Positions 14,201 to 26,200 of a stretch of DNA of 64,000 nt are shown here, one piece after another (positions within the stretch are counted from its first letter, which is position 1; every line of letters begins with the position of its first letter). Origin of the DNA: Eledone cirrhosa. Taxonomy: Eukaryota. A program made the position numbers and the translations under genes. The stretch is taken from NCBI GenBank assembly GCA_964016885.1, contig OZ024743.1:134230001-134294000 (forward strand). The letters run 5' to 3'. Under the pieces are notes generated by a model, which was not told the DNA's origin, made no database searches, and saw nothing but the letters and a program-made list of their open reading frames with translations.

Positions 14201-17200
14201 TTAGGTGTTTGGTGCTTGGTGCTTGGTGTTTGGTGTTTGGTGCTTGGTGTTTGGTGTTTGGTGCTTGGTGTTTGGTGCTTGGTACTTGGTGCTTGGTGCT
14301 TGGTGTTAGGTGTTTGGTGCTTGGTGTTTGGTGCTTGGTGTTTGGTGCTTGGTGCTTGGTGCTTGGTGCTTGGTGTTTGGTGGTTGGTGTTTGGTGCTTG
14401 GTGTTTGGTGCTTGGTGTTACGTGTTTGGTGCTTGGTGCTTGGTGCTTGGTGTTTGGTGCTGGGTGCTTGGTGCTTGGTGTTTGGTGTTATATGCTTGGT
14501 GTTTGATGCTTGGTGCTTGGTGCTTGGTGTTGTGTGTTTGGTGCTTGGTGTTTGATGCTTGGTGCTTGGTGCTTGGTATTTGGTGCTTGGTGCTTGGTGT
14601 TTGGTGCTTGGTGCTTGGTGTTTGGTGCTTGGTGTTTGGTGCTTGGTGTTTGGTGCTTGGTGCTTGGTGCTTGGTGCTTGGTGTTTGGTGGTTGGTGCTT
14701 GGTGTTAGGTGTTTGGTGCTTGGTGCTTGGTGTTTGGTGTTTGGTGCTTGGTGTTTGGTGTTTGGTGCTTGGTGTTTGGTGCTTGGTACTTGGTGCTTGG
14801 TGTTAGGTGTTTGGTGCTTGGTGCTTGGTGTCTGGTTTTTGGTGCTTGGTGCTTGGTGTTTGGTGCTTGCTGCTGGCTGCTTGGTGTTTGGTGCTTGGTG
14901 ATTGGTGCTTGGTGTTTGGTGTTTGGTGCTAGGTGCTTGGTGTTTGGTGCTTGGTGCTTGGTGTTTGTACTTGGTGCTTGGTGCTTGGTTCTTGGTGTTT
15001 GGTGCTTGGTGCTTGGTGTTTGGTGCTTGGTGCTTGGTGTTTGGTGCTTGGTGTTTGGTGCTTGGTGTTTATTGCTTGGTGCTTGGTGCTTGGTGTTTGG
15101 TGCTTGGTGTTTGGTGCTTGGTGTTAGGTGTTTGGTGCTTGGTGCTTGGTGTTTGGTGTTATATGCTTGGTGTTTGATGCTTGGTGCTTGGTGCTTGGTG
15201 TTTGGTGCTTGGTGTTTGATGCTTGGTGCTTGGTGCTTGGTGTTTGGTGCTTGGTGCTTGGTGTTTGTACTTGGTGCTTGGTGCTTGGTTCTTGGTGTTT
15301 GGTGCTTGGTGTTTGGTGTTTGGTGCTTGGTGTTTGGTGTTTGGTGGTATATGCTTGGTGTTTGATGCTTGGTGCTTGGTGCTTGGTGTTTGGTGCTTGG
15401 TGTTTGATGCTTGGTGCTTGGTGCTTGGTGTTTGGTGGTTGGTGCTTGGTGTTTGTACTTGGTGCTTGGTGCTTGGTTCTTGGTGTTTGGTGCTTGGTGC
15501 TTGGTGTTTGGTGCTTGGTGCTTGGTGTTTGGTGCTTGGTGTTTGGTGCTTGGTGTTTGGTGCTTGGTGCTTGGTGCTTAGTGCTTGGTGTTTGGTGCTT
15601 GGTGTTAGGTGTTTGGTGCTTGGTGCTTGGTGTTTGGTGTTTGGTGCTTGGTGTTTGGTGCTTGGTGTTTGGTGTTAGGTGTCTGGTGCTTGGTGTTTGA
15701 TGTTTGGTGCTTGGTGTTTGGTGCTTGGTGTTTGGTGCTTGGTGTTTGGTGCTTGGTACTTGGTGCTTGGTGCTTCGTGTTAGGTGTTTGGTGCTTGGTG
15801 CTTGGTGTTTGGTTTTTGGTGCTTGGTGCTTGGTGTTTGGTGTTTGGTGCTTGCTGCTGGCTGCTTGGTCTTTGATGCTTGGTGATTGGTGCTTTGTGTT
15901 TTGTGCTTGGTGTTTTGTGTTTGGTGCTAGGTGCTTGGTGTTTGGTGCTTGGTGCTTGGTGCTTGATGTTTGGTGTTTGGTGTTAGGTGCTTGATGCTTG
16001 GTGTTTGGTGCTTGGTGCTGGGTGGTTGGTGTTTAGTGCTTGGTGTTTGGTGCTGGGTGCTTGGTGTTTGGTGCTTGGTGCTTGGTCTTTGGTGCTTGGT
16101 GTTTGGTGTTTGGTGCTTGGTGCTTGGTGCTTGGTGTTTGGTGCTTGGTGCTTGGTGTTTGGTGCTTGGTGCTTAGTGTTTGGTGCTTGGTGCTTAGTGT
16201 TTGGTGTTTGGTGCTTGGTGCTTGGTGTTTGGTGCTTACTGTTTGGTGCTTGGTGCTTGGTGTTTGGTGTTTGCTGTTTGCTGTTTGGTGTTTGTTGTTT
16301 GGTGTTTGTTGTTTGGTGTTTGCTGTTTGGTGTTTGGTGTTTGCTTTTTGGTGTTTGGTGTTTGCTGTATGTTGTTTGCTGTTTGGTGTTTGGTGTTTGG
16401 TGTTTGGTGTTTGGTGCTTGTTGCTTGGTGTTTGGTGCTTGGTGCTTGGTGTTTGGTGCTTGGTGCTTGGTGTTTGGTGTTTGGTGCTTGGTGCTTGGAG
16501 TTTGGTGTTTGGTGCTTGGTGTTTCGTGTTTCGTGTTTGGTTTTTGGTGCTTGGTGCTTGGTGCTTGGTCCTTGGTGTTTGGTGCTGGGTGCATTGTGTT
16601 TGGTGCTTGGTGCTTGGTGCTTGGTGTTTGGTGTTTGCTGCTTGGTGTTTGATGCTTGGTGCTTGGTGCTTGGTGTTTTGTGTTTGGTGCTTGGTGCTTG
16701 GTGTTTTGTGCTTGGTGCTTGGTGCTTGGTGTTTGTACTTGGTGCTTGGTGATTGGTGTTTGGTTCTTGGTTCTTGGTGTTTGGTGTTTGGCGTTTGGTG
16801 TTTGGTGCTTGGTGCTTGGTGTTTGGTGCTTGGTGCTTGGTGTTTGGTGCCTGGTGCTTGGTGCTTGGTGCTTGGTGTTTGGTGTTTGGTGCTTGGTGCT
16901 TGGTGCTTGGAGTTTGGTGTTTGGTGCTTGGTGCTTTGTGTTTTGTGTTTGGTGTTTGGTTTTTGGTGCTTGGTGCTTGGTCCTTGGTGTTTGGTGCTGG
17001 GTGCTTTGTGTTTGGTGCTTGGTGCTTGGTGTTTGGTGTTTGCTGCTTGGTGTTTGATGCTTGGTGCTTGGTGCTTGGTGTTTTGTGTTTGGTGCTTGGT
17101 TCTTGGTGTTTGGTGCTTGGTGCTTGGTACTTGGTGTTTGTACTTGGTGCTTGGTGCTTGGTGTTTGGTTCTTGGTGTTTGGTACTTGGTGCTTGGTGCT
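8300..17200. repeat. Diverged higher-order repeat, period ~5.4-5.5 kb
   Basis: GCTTACTG at 10741/16234 (5493), TTCGTGTTAGG at 10281/15774 (5493), GCATTGTG at 11112/16591 (5479). ORF pairs 8844/14310 (5466) and 11274/16753 (5479) agree. Confidence 0.7.
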
Positions 17201-19072
17201 TGATGTTTGGTGTTTGGTGCTTGGTGTCTGGTGCTTGGTGTTTGGTTTTTGGTGCTTGGTGTTTGGTGTTTGGTGCTTGGTGTTTGGTGTTTGGTGTTTG
17301 GTTCTTGGTGCTTGGTGTTTGGTGTTTGGTGTTTGGTGCTTGGTGTCTGGTGCTTGGTGTTTGGTGTTTGGTGCTTGGTGTTTGGTGTTTGGTGTTTGGT
17401 GCTTGGTGCTTGGTGCTTGCTGTTTGGTGTTTGGTGCTTGGTGCTTGGTGTTTGGTGCTTGGTGCTGGGTGCTTGGTGTTTGGTGCTGGGTGCTTGGTGT
17501 TTGATGCTTGGTGCTTGGTCTTTGGTGCTTGGTGTTTGGTGCTTAGTGCTTGGTGCTTGGTGTTTGGTGCTTGGTGCTTGGTGTTTGGTGCTTGGTGCTT
17601 GGTGTTTGGTTTTTGGTGCTTGGTGCTTGGTGTTTGGTGTTTGGTGCTTGCTGCTGGCTGCTTGGTGTTTGATGCATGGTGATTGGTGCTTGGTGTTTGG
17701 TGCTTGGTGTTTGGTGTTTGGTGTTTGATGCTTGGTGCTTGGTGCTTGGTGTTTGGTGCTTCGTGCTTGGTGTTTGGTGCTTGGTGTTTGGTGCTTGGTG
17801 TTTGGTGCTTGGTGTTTGGTGCTTGGTGCTTGGTGCTTGGTGCTTGGTGTTTGGTGGTTGGTGCTTGGTGCTTGGTGTTAGGTGTTTGGTGCTTGGTGCT
17901 TGGTGTTTGGTGTTTGGTGCTTGGTGTTTGGTGTTTGGTGCTTGGTGTTTGGTGCTTGGTACTTGGTGCTTGGTACTTGGTGTTAGGTGTTTGGTGCTTG
18001 GTGCTTGGTGTCTGGTTTTTGGTGCTTGGTGCTTGGTGTTTGGTGTTTGGTGCTTGCTGCTGGCTGCTTGGTGTTTGGTGCTTGGTGATTGGTGCTTGGG
18101 GTTTGGTGCTTGGTGTTTGGTGTTTGGTGCTTGGTGATTGGTGTTTGTACTTGGTGCTTGGTGCTTGGTTCTTGGTGTTTGGTGCTTGGTGCTTGGTGTT
18201 TGGTGTAATATGCTTGGTGTTTGATGCTTGGTGCTTGGTGCTTGGTGTTTGGTGTTTGGTGTTTGATGCTTGGTGCTTGGTGTTTGGTGCTTGGTGCTTG
18301 GTGTTTGTACTTGGTGCTTGGTGCTTGGTGCTTGGTGTTTGGTGCTTGGTGTTTGGTGCTTGGTGCTTGGTGATTGGTCCTTGGTGCTTGGTGTTTGGTG
18401 GTTGGTGTTTGGTGGTTGGTGTTTGGTGCTTGGTGTTAGGTGTTTGGTGCTTGGTGTTTGGTGTTTGGTGCTTGGTGTTTGGTGTTTGGTGCTTGGTGTT
18501 TGGTGCTTGGTACTTGGTGCTTGGTGCTTGCTGTTAGGTGTTTGGTGCTTGGTGTTTGGTGCTTGGTGTTTGGTGCTTGGTGCTTGGTGCTTGGTGCTTT
18601 GTGTTTGGTGGTTGGTGTTTGGTGCTTGGTTTTTGGTGCTTGGTGTTAGGTGTTTGGTGCTTGGTGCTTGGTGTTTGGTGTTTGGTGCTTGGTGCTTCGT
18701 GTTTGGTGCTTGGTGCTTGGTGTTTGGTGCTTGGTGTTTGGTGCTTGGTGTTTGGTGCTTGGTGCTTGGTGCTTGGTGCTTGGTGTTTGGTGGTTGGTGC
18801 TTGGTGCTTGGTGTTTGGTGTTTGGTGCTTGGTGTTTGGTGTTTGGTGCTTGGTGTTTGGTGCTTGGTACTTGGTGCTTGGTGCTTGGTGTTAGGTGTTT
18901 GGTGCTTGGTGCTTGGTGTCTGGTTTTTGGTGCTTGGTACTTGGTGTTTGGTGCTTGCTGCTGGCTGCTTGGTGTTTGGTGCTTGGTGATTGGTGCTTGG
19001 TGTTTGGTGCTTGGTGTTTGGTGTTTGGTGCTAGGTGCTTGGTGTTTGGTGCTTGGTGCTTGGTGTTTGTAC

Positions 19073-22000
19073 TTGGTGCTTGGTGCTTGGTTCTTGGTGT
19101 TTGGTGCTTGGTGCTTGGTGTTTGGTGCTTGGTGCTTGGTGTTTGGTGCTTGGTGTTTAGTGCTTGGTGCTTGGTGCTTGGTGTTTGGTGCTTGGTGTTT
19201 GGTGCTTGGTGTTAGGTGTTTGGTGCTTGGTGCTTGGTGTTTGGTGTTTGGTGCTTGGTGTTTGGTGTTTGGTGTTATATGCTTGGTGTTTGATGCTTGG
19301 TGCTTGGTGCTTCGTGTTTGGTGCTTCGTGTTTGATGCTTGGTGCTTGGTGCTTGGTGTTTGGTGCTTGGTGCTTGGTGTTTGTACTTGGTGCTTGGTGC
19401 TTGGTTCTTGGTGTTTGGTGCTTGGTGTTTGATGCTTGGTGTTTGGTGTTAGGTGTTTGGTGCTTGGTGTTTGGTGTTTGGTGCTTGGTGTTTGGTGCTT
19501 GGTGTTTGGTGCTTGGTGTTTGATGCTTGGTGCTTGGTGTTTGGTGATTGGTGCTTGGTGTTTTGTGCTTGGTGTTTGGTGTTTGGTGCTAGGTTCTTGG
19601 TGTTTGGTGCTTGGTGCTTGGTGCTTGGTGTTTGGTGTTTGGTGCTTGGTGCTTGGTGTTTGGTGCTTGGTGCTGGGTGGTTGGTGTTTAGTGCTTGGTG
19701 TTTGGTGCTGGGTGCTTGGTGTTTGGTGCTTGGTGCTTGGTCTTTGGTGCTTGGTGTTTGGTGTTTGGTGCTTGGTGCTTGGTGCTTGGTGTTTGGTGCT
19801 TGGTGCTTGGTGTTTGGTGCTTGGTGCTTAGTGTTTGGTGCTTGGTGCTTAGTGTTTGGTGCTAGGTGCTTGGTGTTTGGTGCTTGGTGCTTGGCGTTTG
19901 GTGCCTGGTGCTTGGTGTTTGGTGTTTGGTGTTTGGTGCTTGATGCTTGGTATTTGGTGTTTGCTGTTTGCTGTTTGGTGTTTGTTGTTTGGTGTTTGTT
20001 GTTTGGTGTTTGCTGTTTGGTGTTTGGTGTTTATTTTTGGTGTTTGGTGTTTGGTGCTTGGTGTTTGGTGCTTGGTGTTTGGTGCTTGGTGCTTGGTGTT
20101 TGGTGCCTGGTGCTTGGTGCTTGGTGCTTGGTGTTTGGTGTTTGGTGCTTGGTGCTTGGATTTTGGTGTTTGTTGCTTGGTGCTTGGTGTTTCGTGTTTC
20201 GTGTTTGGTTTTTGGTGATTGGTGCTTGGTGCTTGGTCCTTGGTGTTTGGTGCTGGGTGCTTTGTGTTTGGTGCTTGGTGCTTGGTGCTTGGTGCTTGGT
20301 GTTTGGTGTTTGCTGCTTGGTGTTTGATGCTTGGTGCTTGGTGCTTGGTGTTTTGTGTTTGGTGCTTGGTGCTTGGTGTTTGGTGCTTGGTGCTTGGTGC
20401 TTGGTGTTTGTACTTGGTTCTTGGTGATTGGTGTTTGGTTCTTGGTTCTTGGTGTTTGGTGTTTGGCGTTTGGTGTTTGGTGCTTGGTGCTTGGTGTTTG
20501 GTGCTTGGTGCTTGATGTTTGGTGCCTGGTGCTTGGTGCTTGGTGCTTGGTGTTTGGTGTTTGGTGCTTGGTGCTTGGTGCTTGGAGTTTGGTGTTTGGT
20601 GCTTGGTGCTTGGTGTTTTGTGTTTGGTGTTTGGTGCTTGGTGCTTGGTGTTTGGTGCTGGGTGCTTTGTGTTTGGTGCTTGGTGCTTGGTGTTTGGTGT
20701 TTGCTGCTTGGTGTTTGATGCTTGGTGCTTGGTGCTTGGTGTTTTGTGTTTGGTGCTTGGTTCTTGGTGTTTGGTGCTTGGTGCTTGGTGCTTGGTGTTT
20801 GTACTTGGTGCTTGGTACTTGGTGTTTGGTTCTTGGTTCTTGGTGTTTGGTACTTGGTGCTTGGTGCTTGATGTTTGGTGTTTGGTGCTTGGTGTTTGGT
20901 GCTTGGTGCTTGGTGCTTGGTGTTAGGTGTTTGGTGATTGGTACTTGGTGTTTGGTGCTTGGTGTTTGCTGTTTGCTGTTTGGTGTTTGGTGTTTGGTGT
21001 TTGGTGTTTGCTGTTTGGTGTCTCCTTTTTGGTGTTTAGTGTTTGCTGTATGGTGTTTGGTGTTTGCTGTTTGGTGTTTGGTCTTTGGTGCTTGGTGTTT
21101 GGTGCTTGGTGCTTGGTGTTTGGTGTTTGGTGCTTGGTGCTTGGTTCTTGGTGTTTGGTGCTTGGTGCTTGGTGTTTGGTGCTTGGTGCTTGGTGTTTGG
21201 TGCTTGGTGTTTAGTGCTTGGTGCTTGGTGCTTGGTGTTTGGTGCTTGGTGTTTGGTGCTTGGTGTTAGGTGTTTGGTGCTTGGTGCTTGGTGTTTGGTG
21301 TTTGGTGCTTGGTGTTTGGTGTTTGGTGTTATATGCTTGGTGTTTGATGCTTGGTGCTTGGTGCTTGGTGTTTGGTGCTTCGTGTTTGATGCTTGGTGCT
21401 TGGTGCTTGGTGTTTGGTGCTTGGTGCTTGGTGTTTGTACTTGGTGCTTGGTGCTTGGTTCTTGGTGTTTGGTGCTTGGTGTTTGATGCTTGGTGTTTGG
21501 TGTTAGGTGTTTGGTGCTTGGTGTTTGGTGTTTGGTGCTTGGTGTTTGGTGCTTGGTGTTTGGTGCTTGGTGTTTGATGCTTGGTGCTTGGTGTTTGGTG
21601 ATTGGTGCTTGGTGTTTTGTGCTTGGTGTTTGGTGTTTGGTGCTAGGTTCTTGGTGTTTGGTGCTTGGTGCTTGGTGCTTGGTGTTTGGTGTTTGGTGCT
21701 TGGTGCTTGGTGTTTGGTGCTTGGTGCTGGGTGGTTGGTGTTTAGTGCTTGGTGTTTGGTGCTGGGTGCTTGGTGTTTGGTGCTTGGTGCTTGGTCTTTG
21801 GTGCTTGGTGTTTGGTGTTTGGTGCTTGGTGCTTGGTGCTTGGTGTTTGGTGCTTGGTGCTTGGTGTTTGGTGCTTGGTGCTTAGTGTTTGGTGCTTGGT
21901 GCTTAGTGTTTGGTGCTAGGTGCTTGGTGTTTGGTGCTTGGTGCTTGGCGTTTGGTGCCTGGTGCTTGGTGTTTGGTGTTTGGTGTTTGGTGCTTGATGC

Positions 22001-23200
22001 TTGGTATTTGGTGTTTGCTGTTTGCTGTTTGGTGTTTGTTGTTTGGTGTTTGTTGTTTGGTGTTTGCTGTTTGGTGTTTGGTGTTTATTTTTGGTGTTTG
22101 GTGTTTGGTGCTTGGTGTTTGGTGCTTGGTGTTTGGTGCTTGGTGCTTGGTGTTTGGTGCCTGGTGCTTGGTGCTTGGTGCTTGGTGTTTGGTGTTTGGT
22201 GCTTGGTGCTTGGATTTTGGTGTTTGTTGCTTGGTGCTTGGTGTTTCGTGTTTCGTGTTTGGTTTTTGGTGATTGGTGCTTGGTGCTTGGTCCTTGGTGT
22301 TTGGTGCTGGGTGCTTTGTGTTTGGTGCTTGGTGCTTGGTGCTTGGTGCTTGGTGTTTGGTGTTTGCTGCTTGGTGTTTGATGCTTGGTGCTTGGTGCTT
22401 GGTGTTTTGTGTTTGGTGCTTGGTGCTTGGTGTTTGGTGCTTGGTGCTTGGTGCTTGGTGTTTGTACTTGGTTCTTGGTGATTGGTGTTTGGTTCTTGGT
22501 TCTTGGTGTTTGGTGTTTGGCGTTTGGTGTTTGGTGCTTGGTGCTTGGTGTTTGGTGCTTGGTGCTTGATGTTTGGTGCCTGGTGCTTGGTGCTTGGTGC
22601 TTGGTGTTTGGTGTTTGGTGCTTGGTGCTTGGTGCTTGGAGTTTGGTGTTTGGTGCTTGGTGCTTGGTGTTTTGTGTTTGGTGTTTGGTTTTTGGTGCTT
22701 GGTGCTTGGTGCTTGGTGTTTGGTGCTGGGTGCTTTGTGTTTGGTGCTTGGTGCTTGGTGTTTGGTGTTTGCTGCTTGGTGTTTGATGCTTGGTGCTTGG
22801 TGCTTGGTGTTTTGTGTTTGGTGCTTGGTTCTTGGTGTTTGGTGCTTGGTGCTTGGTGCTTGGTGTTTGTACTTGGTGCTTGGTACTTGGTGTTTGGTTC
22901 TTGGTTCTTGGTGTTTGGTACTTGGTGCTTGGTGCTTGATGTTTGGTGTTTGGTGCTTGGTGTTTGGTGCTTGGTGCTTGGTGCTTGGTGTTAGGTGTTT
23001 GGTGATTGGTACTTGGTGTTTGGTGCTTGGTGTTTGCTGTTTGCTGTTTGGTGTTTGGTGTTTGGTGTTTGGTGTTTGCTGTTTGGTGTCTCCTTTTTGG
23101 TGTTTAGTGTTTGCTGTATGGTGTTTGGTGTTTGCTGTTTGGTGTTTGGTCTTTGGTGCTTGGTGTTTGGTGCTTGGTGCTTGGTGTTTGGTGTTTGGTG
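19073..23200. repeat. Near-perfect tandem duplication, period 2054 bp (2068 after a 2-monomer indel)
   Basis: Identical ORF translations at 19436/21490, 19453/21507, 19856/21910, 19947/22001 and 20219/22273 (all 2054), then ORF pairs 20927/22995 and 21043/23111 (2068). Private markers GCTAGGTTC, TTATTTTTGG and TCTCCTTTTT each occur once per copy. Confidence 0.92.
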
Positions 23201-26200
23201 CTGGGTGCTTGGTGTTTGGTGTTTGGTGCTTGGTGTTTGGTGTTTGGTGCTTGGTGTCTGGTGCTTGGTGTTTGGTGTTTGGTGCTTGGTGTTTGGTGTT
23301 TGGTGCTTGGTGTTTGGTGTTTGGTGTTTGGTGCTTCGTGCTTGCTGTTTGGTGTTTGGTGTTTGGTGCTTGGTGTCTGGTGCTTGGTGTTTGGTGTTTG
23401 GTGCTTGGTGTTTGGTGTTTGGTGTTTGGTGCTTGGTGCTTGGTGCTTGGTGTTTGGTGTTTGGTGTTTGGTGTTTGGTGCTTGGTGCTTGGTGTTTGGT
23501 GCTTGGTGCTGGGTGGTTGGTGTTTGGTGCTTGGTGTTTGGTGCTGGGTGCTTGGTGTTTGGTGCTGGGTGCTTGGTGTTTGGTGCTGGGTGCTTGGTGT
23601 TTGGTGCTTGATGCTTCGTCTTTGGTGCTTGGTGTTTGGTGCTTGGTGATTGGTGCTTGGTGTTTGGTGCTTGGTGCTTGGTGTTTGGTGCTTGGTGCTT
23701 GGTGTTTGGTTTTTGGTGCTTGCTGCTGGCTACGTGGTGTTTGATGCGTGGTGATTGGTGCTTGGTGTTTGGTGCTTGGTGTTTGGTGTTTGATGCTTGG
23801 TGCTTGGTGCTTGGTGTTTGGTGCTTGGTGCTTGGTGTTTGGTGCTTGGTGCTTGGTGTTTGGTGCTTGGTGTTTGGTGCTTGGTGCTTGGTGTTTGGTG
23901 TTTGGTGCTTGGTGTTTGGTGCTTGGTACTTGGTGCTTGGTGCTTGGTGTTAGGTGTTTGGTGCTTGGTGCTTGGTGTCTGGTTTTTGGTGCTTGGTGCT
24001 TGGTGTTTGGTGTTTGGTGCTTGCTGCTGGCTGCTTGGTGTTTGGTGCTTGGTGATTGCTGCTTGGTGTTTGGTGCTTGGTGTTTGGTGTTATATGCTTG
24101 GTGTTTGATGCTTGGTGCTTGGTGCTTGGTGTTTGGTGTTTGGTGTTTGATGCTTGGTGCTTGGTGTTTGGTGCTTGGTGCTTGGTGTTTGTACTTGGTG
24201 CTTGGTGCTTGGTGCTTGGTGTTTGGGGCTTGGTGTTTGGTGTTTGGTGCTTGGTGCTTGGTGCTTGGTCCTTGGTGCTTGGTGTTTGGTGGTTGGTGTT
24301 TGGTGCTTGGTGTTTGGTGTTTGGTGCTTGGTGTTTGGTGTTTGGTGCTTGGTGTTTGGTGCTTGGTACTTGGTGCTTGGTGCTTGGTGTTAGGTGTTTG
24401 GTGCTTTGTGTTTGGTGCTTGGTGTTTGGTGCTTGGTGCTTGGTGCTTGGTGCTTGGTGTTTGGTGGTTGGTGTTTGGTGCTTGGTGTTTGGTGCTTGGT
24501 GTTAGGTGTTTGGTGCTTGGTGCTTGGTGTTTGGTGTTTGGTGCTTGGTGCTTGGTGCTTGGTGCTTGGTGTTTGGTGGTTGGTGTTTGGTGCTTGGTGT
24601 TTGGTGCTTGGTGTTAGGTGTTTGGTGTTTGGTGGTTGGTGTTTGGTGCTTGGTGTTTGGTGCTTGGTGTTAGGTGTTTGGTGCTTGGTGTTAGGTGTTT
24701 GGTGCTTGGTGCTTGGTGTTTGGTGCTTGGTGCTTGGTGTTTGGTGCTTGGTGTTTGGTGCTTGGTGTTTGGTGCTTGGTGCTTGGTGCTTGGTGTTTGG
24801 TGCTTGGTGTTTGGTGCTTGGTGTTAGGTGTTTGGTGCTTGGTGCTTGGTGTTTGGTGTTTGGTGCTTGGTGTTTGGTGTTTGGTGTTATATGCTTGGTG
24901 TTTGATGCTTGGTGCTTGGTGCTTGGTGTTTGGTGCTTGGTGTTTGATGCTTGGTGCTTGGTGCTTGGTGTTTGGTGCTTGGTGCTTGGTGTTTGTACTT
25001 GGTGCTTGGTGCTTGGTTCTTGGTGTTTGGTGTTTGGTGCTTGGTGCTTGGTGTTTGGTGCTTGGTGTTTGGTGCTTGGTGTTTGGTGCTTGGTGCTTGG
25101 TGCTTGGTGTTTGGTGCTTGGTGTTTGGTGCTTGGTGTTAGGGGTTTGGTGCTTGGTGCTTGGTGTTTGGTGCTTGGTGTTTGGTGCTTGGTGCTTGGTG
25201 TTTGGTGCTTGGTGCTGGGTGGTTGGTGTTTAGTGCTTGGTGTTTGGTGCTGGGTGCTTGGTGTTTGGTGTTTGGTGCTTGGTACTTGGTGCTTGGTGTT
25301 TGGTGCTTGGTGCTTAGTGTTTGGTGCTTGTGTGCTTGGTGCTTGGTGTTTGGTGCTTGGTGTTTGGTGCTTGGTGCTTGGTGCTTGGTGCTTGGTGTTT
25401 GGTGTTTGGTGTTAGGTGTTTGGTGCTTGGCGCTTGGTGTTTGGTGTTTGGTGCTTGGTGTTTGGTGCTTGGTGTTTGGTGTTAGGTGTTTGGTGCTTGG
25501 TGTTTGGTGTTTGGTGCTTGGTGTTTGGTGCTTGGTGTTTGGTGCTTGGTGTTTGGTGCTTGGTACTTGGTGCTTGGTGCTTGGTGTTAGGTGTTTGGTG
25601 CTTGGTGCTTGGTGTTTGGTTTTTGGTGCTTGGTGCTTGGTGTTTGGTGTTTGGTGCTTGCTGCTGGCTGCTTGGTGTTTGATGCTTGGTGATTGGTGCT
25701 TGGTGTTTTGGGCTTGGTGTTTGGTGTTTGGTGCTAGGTGCTTGGTGTTTGGTGCTTGGTGCTTGGTGCTTGGTGTTTGGTGTTTGGTGCTTGGTGCTTG
25801 GTGTTTGGTGCTTGGTGCTGGGTGGTTGGTGTTTAGTGCTTGGTGTTTAGTGCTGGGTGCTTGGTGTTTGGTGCTTGGTGCTTGGTCTTTGGTGCTTGGT
25901 GTTTGGTGTTTGGTGCTTGGTGCTTGGTGCTTGGTGTTTGGTGCTTGGTGCTTGGTGCTTGGTGTTTGGTGCTTGGTGCTTAGTGTTTGGTGCTTGGTGC
26001 TTAGTGTTTGGTGCTAGGTGCTTGGTGTTTGGTGCTTGGTGCTTGGTGTTTGGTGCCTGGTGCTTGGTGTTTGGTGTTTGGTGTTTGGTGCTTGGTGCTT
26101 GGTGTTTGGTGTTTGTTGTTTGGTGTTTGTTGTTTGGTGTTTGTTGTTTGGTGTTTGCTGTTTGGTGTTTGGTGTTTGCTTTTTGGTGTTTGGTGTTTGC

